A stretch of DNA of 39,344 nt from positions 1 to 39,344 of the forward strand of contig JAUCBJ010006645.1 of the NCBI GenBank assembly GCA_032718475.1, in the 5' to 3' direction. The stretch comes from Nemertoderma westbladi. Taxonomy: Eukaryota > Animalia > Xenacoelomorpha. Below, one piece after another: positions 10,901 to 21,870 of this stretch. The position numbers and the translations under genes are program-made. Numbering within the stretch: the first letter of the stretch is position 1; each line of letters begins with the position of its first letter. The notes under the pieces are model-generated. The model saw only the letters and a list, made by a program, of their open reading frames with translations. It ran no database searches and was not told where the DNA came from.

Positions 10901-12330
10901 CTATTCTCTCCTGTCATTTGCTCGAGACTTGAATTTACTTACCTGATCTTTAGGCATTTTATTGACATAATAAGATCTATCAGTGTCTTTCCCGCTATCT
11001 TCTCCTTGAGAAGTCTGGCTTTCGCCGTCGTCTGTATAACACACTGGTGTTACTTTTCTCCTAGAGACGGGTTTTTCACTTACCTTGTTTTCCGGTGTCT
11101 TCTCTCTAGACAGTTTCAGTAGCTGTAATTTCACTTCTCCATCTAGGAATGACATGAGATCAGCCATGGTAGGGTCTCGTCGTTGTTGTTCCATCATATA
11201 TAGTACTTTCTTATCCCAGCGTGTGCCTACCCCACCTTTCGGTAAAGTAGAAGCCACAGCTCCAATGACCATAGAACTTTGGTATTCATGAGACTTACCT
11301 AACCAATCTAATTGTCTACAGATCTCTTGAATCTCATCGGAAAACTCTATTATCCCACTGCTGATGAACTTTCTGGGCGCTACTAATTTTGCATATAAAT
11401 ACTTAGCGATATTATTCCTATTACCATACCTGATGTTTAGTGTGTCCCAAACTTGTGTCCCAAATGAGGAATCTAAGTTTCTCTCTGTTAGATAGTACAG
11501 AGTTCTGTATGCTATCTTTGTAATATTCATTGAAAGGTAACCATTTCATCTCATCTCCATTGAATTTGATGATCTCTCCCACCTTTACCGCTTGCCGGGC
11601 TTCGGTTCTAGCCATTTGACGCGTAAAACTTTCTTGGGCCATCGTGTTATTTAATATCGAATTATCGGTATATAAATTTCTCGGATTATGATCAGTTCTA
11701 TAGGGAATATCATTATCAACAGGTCTATAATTACCCTTAATAGGGTTCACTATAGGAGTTTCTACTTCGCTAGCAGTATATATGCGTGTAGGCTCCACAC
11801 CTTGCGCATGAGATACTTCAGACCTAACAGGTTGACACATTGTTACAGAGGGTGGCGGTATACCCTTTTGAGTATTTACTAATTTATCGCGTTCTAGCGC
11901 GATACTTTGCTGCACTTCTTGCAACTCTAGCCTACTTTCCCTTACTGTGCCCTTGAATTGCTGGACAGTCTCCTGCATCTGCCCGAGCAGGATATCCATC
12001 CCCCGCCGTCTCTCGTCCACCCATTCGACCGCCGAAGCGGGAGTCACCAACGTTGTAGCGGGCGGACGAGGGACAATGGGCGACAAATTATGAATACTTC
12101 GCTCGGGGTCCAGGACCTGAACTGTCCCCTGGGCAGTTCTACGGGGCACAGGTAGCTTAGTGCTATGCAGAGGGAATTTAGAGGTAGTTTCAGGGAGCAC
12201 AGGTGTGTCTATCACCGAAGGGGTGATTTCAAGAACAGGCCTAATTATTTCAGGCTCATCTACTATAGTAGGGAGTCTTTCTATTTTAATTATTTGGTCT
12301 GTGGGCTCTGTACTACCTAAGTTGGTGTTC
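10901..12330 (-). pseudogene. gag: gag capsid region (BEL/Pao type), frameshifted near 11450
   Basis: IIKFNGDEMKWLPF...LSNREKLRFL in one frame, continued by WDTLNIRYGN...PTMADLMSFL in another; 11-bp direct repeat TGTGTCCCAAA (11441-11451, 11454-11464) at the junction; ends at an in-frame TAG. Confidence 0.85.
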
Positions 12331-14011
12331 TAACAGCTGGAGGCAAATCAGGCAATTTCTGACGGTGGAATGTTCTTTTACGTCTACTTAGACGAGATCT
12401 ATTTCCTTTGCCTTCAGTATCGGTGGTATCACCTTCCTCAGATGATGTATATCCCTGTCGTTTGGGAGTAGATCGATTCATCATCTGCATATTACTAGCT
12501 GTTAACTGTTTATTTATGCAGTCTTGATTCTCCTGAATGTTTTCCAATTCTAATTGGGTGGTTTCTTCAGTCGCTCTCCGTTCGGCTTCTGCCACTGCCT
12601 CTGCTGTTGCCAGTGCCGCTTTTCTTTCCGCTTCGGCCTCTGCCACTGCCGATGCCGCTTTCCTTTCCGCTTCGGCCTCTGCCACTGCCACTGCCACTGC
12701 CACCTTTCTTTCCGCTTCTGCCGCTGCCACTGCTGCTGCCACTGCCGCTTTTCTTTCAGCTTCTGCCGCTGCCACTGCTGCTGCCGCTTTTCTTTCCGCT
12801 TCTGCCTCTGCCACTGCTGCTGCCACTGCCGCTGTCTTTCTATCTTCTATACGTTTTTTCTTTACTTGTTCTTCTTGGTCTCTAGCGATGCGGAGTTGTT
12901 CATCGAATTTAGCTTGGTTCGCCGCTAACCTATCCACATCAATTGCATCCAACACACGCTGGGCTCCTTCACTATTAGGGCTAAGTCCCTCTAACCTTCT
13001 CCTCAACTCGTCATCACCTAAAAAACGTTGATAGTCTGACAGATAGATGTCAATGGCATCCCTCTTATGCGGTTTCTCTGCCGTCGCTTCACTTTCCACT
13101 TGGGAAAAAGTAGCGTCTGTTGATTCTCCATGGGTTGATCGCTCCTCCAGCTGAGCTTTCCATTGAGCTGTTCCTTGAACCTGGAGATTCACCCTTTGAA
13201 ACCAAGTCTTTACGGCGACTTGCAACGACGTGTCTTGTCTTCGTTTAGAAGCCTCCTCAAAGGCCGATAATATTAGCCTGATTCGTAGAATTCTTTCTCT
13301 CACTTGATAAAGCAGTTGTCCCTGCTCTTGAGGTCCTTGTGGTTGCTGAAACAGTTGTCCTTTTACTCGCTCCATAGAGCTGAAGAATCCCTGTGCGTAT
13401 CCGGCTGCGGACCTCTTCCACACAGCGGGATCGATGGTTTCCTTGGCTACTCCCATCCGGTGTATGTCTTCCCAGGCAGCTTCTGATAAATCAAACGGGA
13501 GTCCGGGTCCGGGGAAGTTCCATTGCGACTCGACCATGGACTTCAGTTCTTCCCTTGTGTATCCAGCATAACTATCTCTAGTTGAACGCTGGCTTCTCGC
13601 CCAATCGATCTGGTGTTCTTCCACAGCGATCAATAACCTAGTGAGTACGGCTGCAGGAAGGATGAGAAGGGGATCTGAATAAGCCTCATCCGTCATCCTT
13701 GCTCCGCGTTCGGGTGTCAGTTCTACCGTATCTTCACTACTGGAGCTGTCGGGCCGCTGAGAAATAAGTTCTTGGCTCGCGGGTTGTTGCTGTTCCGCTG
13801 CTTCTTGGTCCCGCTTGACCTGAGCTCGAGTGCCTATGATAGACCTACGATGTTGGACCAGCCTAGGTTCTTTTATTACTACTGGAGGGATGACTTTCCT
13901 CACAGTGGGAGGTGAACTGAACTTACGACTAGAAGGTTCTACGCTTCTATCTGAGTCGCAGATAGTTACATCTAATAAACTGTCTGACAGGTTCTGCTTA
14001 GTATCAGACAT
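12317..14011 (-). CDS. N-terminal part of gag/polyprotein with Ala/Glu-rich AEAERKAA coiled-coil repeats (564 aa segment)
   Basis: Long ATG-initiated ORF inside the element; overlaps the next frame by ~12 nt near 12317-12330. Confidence 0.75.
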   Translation of the reverse strand: MSDTKQNLSDSLLDVTICDSDRSVEPSSRKFSSPPTVRKVIPPVVIKEPRLVQHRRSIIGTRAQVKRDQEAAEQQQPASQELISQRPDSSSSEDTVELTPERGARMTDEAYSDPLLILPAAVLTRLLIAVEEHQIDWARSQRSTRDSYAGYTREELKSMVESQWNFPGPGLPFDLSEAAWEDIHRMGVAKETIDPAVWKRSAAGYAQGFFSSMERVKGQLFQQPQGPQEQGQLLYQVRERILRIRLILSAFEEASKRRQDTSLQVAVKTWFQRVNLQVQGTAQWKAQLEERSTHGESTDATFSQVESEATAEKPHKRDAIDIYLSDYQRFLGDDELRRRLEGLSPNSEGAQRVLDAIDVDRLAANQAKFDEQLRIARDQEEQVKKKRIEDRKTAAVAAAVAEAEAERKAAAAVAAAEAERKAAVAAAVAAAEAERKVAVAVAVAEAEAERKAASAVAEAEAERKAALATAEAVAEAERRATEETTQLELENIQENQDCINKQLTASNMQMMNRSTPKRQGYTSSEEGDTTDTEGKGNRSRLSRRKRTFHRQKLPDLPPAVRTPT

Positions 14012-14142
14012 GTTTATGTATACAGTTGAATGTCTACTGCTGTATTACAGTCTGAGCAAGTCTGGTAACTCAGTATTAACTGATAGCCTAGTAATTAATT
14101 ACCGGTACTGCTACTCAGTGTAGCGTGATATATAATATATTA

Positions 14143-14382
14143 GAATACCGGTATGCTTATAGTATATATAACTATTATTACAGACTAGGTTTATCACAGA
14201 ATACCGGTATAATTTTAGCACAAATATATACAAATGTATAATAGGCCTATCGGAATACCGGTATACAGCTTACAGTTTGTAGTATATATAATTCTGGACT
14301 AGAATTAATTACAAGTACCGGTATAATTTCAGCCTAAATTTATTGAAATAAAGATAATAGGCCTATCGTAAATACCGGTATA
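14143..14382. repeat. Degenerate ~110-120-bp tandem dimer rich in TACCGGTA, upstream of the gag ATG
   Basis: Repeated ATACCGGTAT and ATAATAGGCCTATCG blocks. Confidence 0.6.
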
Positions 14383-15314
14383 TCAATTATTTTAAATAAT
14401 TGAATTTCTAAATTTTTGGGTTACTTGGTTACTTTACTTACTTTATTACCGCTATTTGAGCAGTAGACCAACTGATATGGAGACCTAATGGTTGTATGGT
14501 AGGCCTACTATTTATAAATCGTTAGATTTGATTTATAATATATATATACCCGTTTTAATGGGTTTTGTCAATGTTTGAAATAAATGTTATTATTTCTGGG
14601 GGGTAATCACTACACAAAGCGGTGCGCTTTTAGTGAAGTGTTACTTATAGGACACTAAAACAAATAATTCTAATTTACCTAAGTTACTTAATACTACAAA
14701 TTACGTACAATTCGGGTGAGATTACAATCTCTAAATAAACACAAAAATTTACAAAAAACACAAAATACTAATTTTTAGGGTAATTTTACAAGAAGTCTAC
14801 AAACCAGCCTAACAAAGGGTTAGAAATCTGGTTATTACAACGGACAGGGTACTACGGTATTTGAAATAATAAGTAGTAGTAAATACACTGCGTTGTCCAG
14901 ATAGGAAAATACCACCGCCTGACGACCTATAGCCGTATCGCTATAGGTTCTACGTTATGTATCACGGAGTGTTCCTACCTAGAAGTTAATAGAGCTAATC
15001 GAACGTGCCTATCAACCACTTTACAACACAAATATAATGCCTACTAATTACTTTCGGAAAGCACTGTACACTAAACCCTAAATTAGGTACGAGTACTTGT
15101 ATAACATATAATCTGTAGTTAAATATACTTGAACAGCTAAAAGAACCACGGCATCTGCTGGAGTGACCGATGCACAAAATCACCAGTCTTTACCTACGCC
15201 AAGCAGCCCGTGTAGTACCGGGGTTAATTTAACTATAGCGGTATGTATAACAAACACAATTATTGTAGGAACAAACTTGGGGAATGAATGTTGCGGATAA
15301 TCGCATAAACTCTG

Positions 15315-15890
15315 AATAATAAATATTACGCTACGCGTACAAACTACTCAAACAAAATGCAGACCGAACACTGACAGACTACTATCAAGCCTAAACAAAC
15401 TACGGTATATGCAGACTCCGAAATAATTAGGTAGTATGCGTTCTAACCCAGTAGTACGACTTATTCTTTAGTTGGGGGTTTACCTTACAGCATTCGCTGC
15501 CCCTACTTCCTAACCGTTCTTTATCGGACAAGTGATCTACACACGCTGCAATCCGTTCAGACCTAATAACAGCCAGACAACTATCCAGCCTACAAATTAT
15601 CTAAATAAATATTATACGCTACCCGTACAGACTTACACAAACAAAGTACAGACTCAACGATGGCAGACTACTCTCAAGCCTAAATAAACTACAGGACATG
15701 CAGACTCCGAAATAATTAGGTAGTATGCGTTCTAACCCAGTAGTACGACTTATTCTTTAGTTGGGGGTTTACCTTACAGCATTCGCTGCCCCTACTTCCT
15801 AACCGTTCTTTATCGGACAGGTGATCTACATACACTGCAATCCGTTCAGACCTAACAGCAATCAGACAACAGTTCAACCTACATATTGTC
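15315..15890. repeat. Tandem duplication (289-bp period) in the retrotransposon 5' leader
   Basis: GCAGACTCCGAAATAATTAGG... identical for >100 nt from 15411 and from 15700. Confidence 0.9.
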
Positions 15891-16070
15891 TGCACAATCT
15901 GATCAGGCTTACACACCTTCTGTTCAATACTGACCTACAAATAAATAAAACTGACAGAAATAGGCCTAAGTAAAATCCCAATAAAAACCAGGGCGGCCGT
16001 TCCCTGATTAAGTATTAAGACCTACCGGTATACAACAATCAAATCGAATAATACTAATGTACTTATACGG

Positions 16071-16196
16071 GAAGTACCGGTTAGGACAGTTAGGCCTACG
16101 GACCTACAGAAGTACCGGTTCTGGCAGTTGGACCTACGGGCCTACAGCAGTACAGGTTCTTGCAGTTGGGCCTACTGACCTACAGAAGTACCGGTT
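16071..16196. repeat. 38-bp tandem repeat (~3.3 copies) near the PBS position
   Basis: GAAGTACCGGTT...CAGTT.G.CCTAC.G.CCTACA units at 16071, 16109, 16147 and a partial at 16185. Confidence 0.8.
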
Positions 16197-16252
16197 CAAG
16201 TTTACCGGTTGACCGGTATTTTCAACTTTATTGCTTACTGCAATAAAGAAGC

Positions 16253-16264
16253 TATATCCTTTAA
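16253..16264 (-). promoter_or_regulatory. Non-tRNA primer-binding site position (TTAAAGGATATA), complementary to LTR 17030-17019
   Basis: No TGG start after the LTR; exact 12-nt inverted repeat with 17019-17030 (and 2384-2395 in the other LTR). Confidence 0.6.
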
Positions 16265-17470
16265 TGTTCGCGCTTTCAGACCTTTGGCAGTTTAATCCGC
16301 CAAATTAAGATTGTCTTCTAGATATTAAATCGCTTTTTAGCCTATGACAAGTATTTGATTCACTACACTAGTCGAAACCAATCTGTGCGCGATCATTCAC
16401 CCGCTGGATATTCCCGGGAGATTGGGTTCGACGGTTTAATTTTATTGCTATGTAAGCCTAATGTATTATTCGACTGACAGTATTATATAATCTCTGACAA
16501 TATTATTCACCTTCGGGAATATTAACAGTTCCTTTAGGACGTGGCGCTTTATCTATATAAACAGAGTTATGACTTAAACTACTCACAACGATATGGCTTA
16601 ATTATAATTCACATATATGGCGCATTCTTTAGGAAATGCTTCTTTAACAGACTCACTCATACACAATGCTGCACAATACTGCACACTAATCTGCCAATCT
16701 TCACTGATTTTAGTCACATATAAAAGGAACACAGACTGACTCATGTAGGGTCTATCAAATAACATTAGATTCACTTCAAACCACTTTAACATAAGTCACA
16801 ATCATTATTGGTAACCTTTCTCTCTTACCTTCGGTATATCAAGAATATTGGGTTTCGGGGTTATTTCTCGTTATTCCAATATAATAATTCATCAACAAAT
16901 ATAATGAATAACCGACAACAAATAGCAGTATACAGTATCGATTGAGCAGGTAATTTTAGCAGTTTCAGCAGTTATACGTCAGTTATTAAAAGCCGTGTGG
17001 TACGGTGTGTCAAATGCGTTAAAGGATATATGTCCTTATAATTAAACCTACTAGTGTTGAGCTAAAAAGCAGAAAGCATAAAACACTACAAAGCCGTTCT
17101 TTCGTGGCTTTGAAAAACTCGTGACTACTACTCTATACGAGGATACCAACTACCCTTATTCCACGAAGCTCCCGTTCAACACAGAGAAAGAGCAGTGAGA
17201 TAGGAAAATTTCAGTTCAGTAGCTCTGTGATAGGTCAAAATCAAGGCTAACTCAAATTCTATTGGGAGATACAAAAACAAGGCTATGACGCAACCTTCCT
17301 AGGCTGGTTGGCTGATTAAACAGAGCCCAGATACCTGCGTACAGCAAATCAGCCAATAAGCTGGTAGCTTGCACTATTTTAGCTATAGATCCCCTTGAGA
17401 GTATTCTAGCGACCGGGGGGGAACTGGCCAACAAGGCAAACGAATCAGTTATCCCACAAAAGCTTTTACA
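16265..17470 (-). repeat. 5' LTR (1206 bp)
   Basis: Direct repeat of 1631-2835, upstream of gag on the minus strand. Confidence 0.97.
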
Positions 17471-19475
17471 GTCGTACCAATATTATTCGTACGTAATGGA
17501 TAGCTTAAAGGCAACTTAAAATAAACAAGATCTAATACGACCAACTTATCATCATTTCACGAAGGATTGGATGACCAAAAGTACTTTTTGTGAAAAGGAT
17601 TAAATTATTGAATAACCGATCATATAGATATAGAGATATATTAACCTGGCCCCGCATGTGTCGATTATATAATAATGTAATATATTTTGTAATATACTTC
17701 CAATAAAATAAATTATTTTATATATATTTATTGTATATTTTATTACTTTGAATTTCTTAACTATGTTTGACATCACTCGTTGCCGTTCGCTCGGAAAATT
17801 ATACTTCTCGGGACCCGTTTGTTCATACCGGGTACTGTATTATACTAGTGAAAAAAATTAAATTTGAAAAAAATTTATAATTGTTTTCTTGTGAAAATGG
17901 CTATTATCACGAGTTTTTTTGTTCTCAAACAAATATTTTACTTTCTGTCAGTAAGATGGTAGCTAGTAATTTTGATTTTGTGTTAGCTAGTACTTTTTAT
18001 ACGATATTAAAAAAATAAAACTTATTTAGAACACCAAACACAACTGTGTGTTTGTGTGTTATAAGGTCTAGATTTAAAATACTGCAGTTCTAAGAGGTCT
18101 ACTAATCATTTAAAATGACAATTTATTTTTAATAAGGGTTGTATGTATGTATGATTCCTGAACTATTTTTTTTTCAGAAAATGTTCTAGAACAAAAAAAT
18201 GTGTCCTATAACAAAAATATTTGTCAAAATTGTTAGTTAACACGTGTTCTGTAACATTTATAAAAAAAAGTTGAAAAAACTAGCTAGTGTAAATAATAAA
18301 ACATGTTTCCTATAACAAAAATATTTATCAAAATTGATAGCTAGCACATCTTCTATAACATTTATAAAAATAAAAATAAATCTTTGGAATACTAGCTAGT
18401 ATAAAAAATCTGGTCAATGGGTACCCAAGGTGTACCAATGCCACGATTACCATGTCACATTCTTACGAAAGCTTTGTACTACTTGAATATTGGGAAAATC
18501 CAGTTTAGCTACTCCCATCGCAGTTCCACCTTGCGTAGCAGCGTTTTAAATAAATATTTTTTTAGTACAATCAATAATTATTAGCTAGTATAATCTCATA
18601 ATAAAATTATGTTTGAAGTATATTACCTCGAAAAATCAGGATTATACGGATATAATACTGGTTTGTTGCCCCAGTAACGTGTAAACAAAAAGCGAGAATT
18701 AATGGTAAACAGTAGTAATAAGTGAGAGTAAAGATTTATTTACTATTTTTTAAAGGCATGAATAATTACGTAACGCTACGTGTAAGCCTTAAATAGACAG
18801 ACACGATAAGGATACTGTTCATTATAAATTAATATTAAATTGAAATAATTGCAATTCCGGTAATATTCAGTAGGCACTAAAAAGACCTGAAATAAATTAG
18901 CTTGAAAATCCCAATAACTTAGAGATTATAGGATTATCACTAGATTTAATGAATGGTACATTAACATTAACATAAATGAAAATGAAAATAATACATTCTG
19001 GAATACGGTTATTGAAGTTGTTTCCATGTCATTGATTACTTTGCGGCGTTCCATCCTATAGGCCGCAACGCTGCAAAGTAGTACTTTGCAGCGTTTCGAG
19101 TAATTCACCAGAACGCTGTTAAGTTGACATAATGTAACAAAATATATACAGGTATTGCATGACCTACTACTACAGTACATTATCATAGTAGGTCATAGGT
19201 ACTGATTGCATTGTAGCACAGCTGCTTCAGTTACAGAAATAACAGATTTCTAGAATAAGTAATATTGTGAATAAAAGTTACAAAACTAGGTACAATGGAA
19301 TATTAATGTTATCATAAAGTAATGTAACTTACATACGCCAAAATAATCTAATGTAACCACTAAAATCGACAGGTGCTGAAACTGATTTGTATGCGAACTG
19401 GCCTATTCATCCTATACAAGTGTCATATATCTACGATAACTAACAGTAAGTTCTATAATATAATATATTGCCAAA

Positions 19476-21362
19476 ATGAATTATTATTCGGTGAAATTCA
19501 TTATTTCAACCCGTGTGTTTAAACAAGGGGGAAATGAGTGCATAAATAAGAAAGAACGAAAGGCATTGCAAGCTATGCCACACCCAGCCACATGCAGTAC
19601 ATACGAACCAGTTGCAGGAATAATAATTCGTAAAGATAACAATTACACATTATTTGAGAACATTGCATTGAAACTCAGTGAAAATGATACAACAGGTGAC
19701 CACCATGTAGATGTAGAACTGCACCAAAAAACCTGTCAAATCCAGTTACACAATGACCAGATAAAAGGTATGTGTTCAAACTGGGGTGAATATAAATGCA
19801 CAATACCAATAGCTTTCCAAAACAAAAAACACAAGATTATAGTTTTTGGGTATGAAAAAGGAGATACGTGGAAAAAAATAGAATTGGTGTTTTATTTTAA
19901 AAATACAAAAGATGAAGCATATTTGAAAATTGCTCAGGTATTGACTGAATTGACAAATACAGTTAAATGGAGATTCTCCAAGCAGACAGCCAATGTTCCT
20001 CGCAGCTTAAGGTTTAATAAATGTGGCATAAATAAAGATGGAACATTGTTTAACCTGGATCTCATGCACAAAAACCATAAGGATCCGGTACCTAATCTAC
20101 TTCTGGCTGCAGTAAACTGGATCGAAATATTTGGCTTTGGTTATTATGACCTGTATCAAGATAAACTCAAAAAAGTTGATTGTTCAGAAATAAAAAAAAC
20201 GTTTCTTGATAACATTAAAGACAATAACAAACTTCCCCTTGGAAGTGAAGCACACGATAAACGAAACCGACAAATGGTTTGTAACATAATTGTCCTATGT
20301 TTTGAAGATCACATTCGGGTAGATAAGCACACATGCCATATCGAAAAATTAAAAAACAAAAATACTAATAAACTTAAAAATAATGATAAACGAATTTATA
20401 CGGAATTTGATACTTATAATCCATTGTGCATATTATTTGACAATCATATTCGTAAAGCTTTAGATGTTCCAGAACCTGTAAAACTTAAGTTTTCACCGAG
20501 TGGAGAGTGCGAATCCATAGTGGACTGGCTCGAGCAATATATGAATTACAAACGTGAGGAAAAAGAACCAAAACTAATGAAGGAAAGAATCAGAAAGGTG
20601 TTTCGACTTCTACCTAAGCCGCCGCGGTGGGGATTCCATCGAAATATAAAAACGGGACAACCAAACAATATCCAAAACACGATGTCAGACACTGGCTTTG
20701 TAAATGATACCCAATACCTAATACCTAATGACATCCGACATACTAAGGACGCCCCCAAATTGCCAGAAATCAAGGACAAAATGGGAGGAAGAAGTATTGG
20801 TCTATGTGGTGGGTGGATAACACTCGAGATATTCGTTTCTAATCAACTCCAGCAGAATGGCCCCACTGAGATCTTCGGCAATATAACATCACGTGATGAG
20901 AAAGTACTGTTGACAGACGAGAGACATCCGCCGCATAAATTAAAACTCGAGGAACCAATTCCAAATGAAAGAGCATGTATAGAGACGGTGGAGCAATTTT
21001 ATAAAAATCCCGAAAAATTCAAACATATCTGCTTCGATTCAGATTTTGCGAATAATTTTTTGAAATATTTCATCAACTTGAAGCATTACTCATCTGAAGT
21101 TATTCAAGCCAAAAGGGCAGCCACTGCAATTGCACAGGTTTATCTACGGGCTCTATGGGAGGCAGATGATACAGGAGCTGCAATTCCAACCATGGACAAT
21201 GGAGAGGTTTTAGATGCCTTTAGGTTTATGGTGGATAGGTATAATAATAACCATCATGTAGATCTTCCGGTTGGAGATCGTACGGCGCGTTTCGAAAAAG
21301 ATACCAAAGGAATGGGAATTAGAAGTAGTCCGGAGCATTTATATGAAATCATGGACTTCTAG
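19476..21362 (+). CDS. 628-aa protein, probable highly diverged RhoGAP-like (pseudo-GAP) with possible C2-like N-terminal part; true start uncertain
   Basis: Long open frame in very AT-rich DNA; LFNLDL...DPVPNLLLAAVNWIEIFGFGYYDLYQ resembles the RhoGAP start (FG..L...VP.....ie..G....GiYR); NNFLKYFINLKHYS...AATAIAQVYLR resembles its C-terminal helices. Confidence 0.55.
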   Translation: MNYYSVKFIISTRVFKQGGNECINKKERKALQAMPHPATCSTYEPVAGIIIRKDNNYTLFENIALKLSENDTTGDHHVDVELHQKTCQIQLHNDQIKGMCSNWGEYKCTIPIAFQNKKHKIIVFGYEKGDTWKKIELVFYFKNTKDEAYLKIAQVLTELTNTVKWRFSKQTANVPRSLRFNKCGINKDGTLFNLDLMHKNHKDPVPNLLLAAVNWIEIFGFGYYDLYQDKLKKVDCSEIKKTFLDNIKDNNKLPLGSEAHDKRNRQMVCNIIVLCFEDHIRVDKHTCHIEKLKNKNTNKLKNNDKRIYTEFDTYNPLCILFDNHIRKALDVPEPVKLKFSPSGECESIVDWLEQYMNYKREEKEPKLMKERIRKVFRLLPKPPRWGFHRNIKTGQPNNIQNTMSDTGFVNDTQYLIPNDIRHTKDAPKLPEIKDKMGGRSIGLCGGWITLEIFVSNQLQQNGPTEIFGNITSRDEKVLLTDERHPPHKLKLEEPIPNERACIETVEQFYKNPEKFKHICFDSDFANNFLKYFINLKHYSSEVIQAKRAATAIAQVYLRALWEADDTGAAIPTMDNGEVLDAFRFMVDRYNNNHHVDLPVGDRTARFEKDTKGMGIRSSPEHLYEIMDF

Positions 21363-21591
21363 GACAAATTGTTATTGTTCTAGAATATATAAAAAAATTA
21401 AAAAAAATATTGAATTTTTTTTTAGAATTTGTTTCATCCAATTGTTATCGTCTAGCTGGCAAGCTGGGGTGGGATCAAGGTGTACTAAACAACAGGTGAT
21501 GCGATGCAGCGAGCGGATTGTTGAAATTAGCGTGGACCGATCTTCTTCCTTTTTCTTTTTCCTTTTATTTCCTTTTATATTATTTCTTTTA

Positions 21592-21870
21592 GCACCATTT
21601 TCGTTAGCAAAATTTGTATAAATTCTCAACAAAAGATATATAAAACTTCCTAAAATTTATATACAAATTCGAAAAGCTATATAAAAGTTTAAGGTATATT
21701 TATAGAAGTTTACATGTTATCCTATTGTGGTCTACTGTATAATATTTCCTTGACAGTCAATTTTTATAAATTTTTTATTTATTCAACTTTTAGGAATTTT
21801 TATATAACTTTTACGAATTTTTATATAACTTTTGGGAATTTTATACAACTTTTGCTAACGAAAATGGTGC
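21592..21870. mobile_element. PIF/Harbinger-type (Tourist-like) MITE, 279 bp
   Basis: TIR GCACCATTTTCGTTAGCAAAA / TTTTGCTAACGAAAATGGTGC, TTA on both flanks. Confidence 0.85.

Larger units (their letters stand above)
1631..17470 (-). mobile_element. Full-length BEL/Pao LTR retrotransposon (15,840 bp), coding region disrupted
   Basis: Two TG...CA LTRs; 5-bp TSD GTCGT at 1626-1630 and 17471-17475; domain order gag(3 zinc knuckles)-PR-RT-RNaseH-IN with BEL/Pao-type motifs on the minus strand. Confidence 0.97.

Noticed and set aside
7322-12319. UAG reassignment in the host because three element ORFs end in TAG
   Set aside because: One TAG sits at a frameshift, the 628-aa ORF appears to end normally at TAG, and no in-frame TAG occurs in DDX49.
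8469-13031. Plus-strand ORFs antisense to gag-pol (e.g. 8469-9074, 12537-13031)
   Set aside because: Shadows of the coding strand and of its repeats; no independent motifs.
17811-17849. Helitron 3' end (ACCCG/CGGGT hairpin then CTAG-T)
   Set aside because: The stem is short and no 5' end or second copy is visible; plausible but unsupported.
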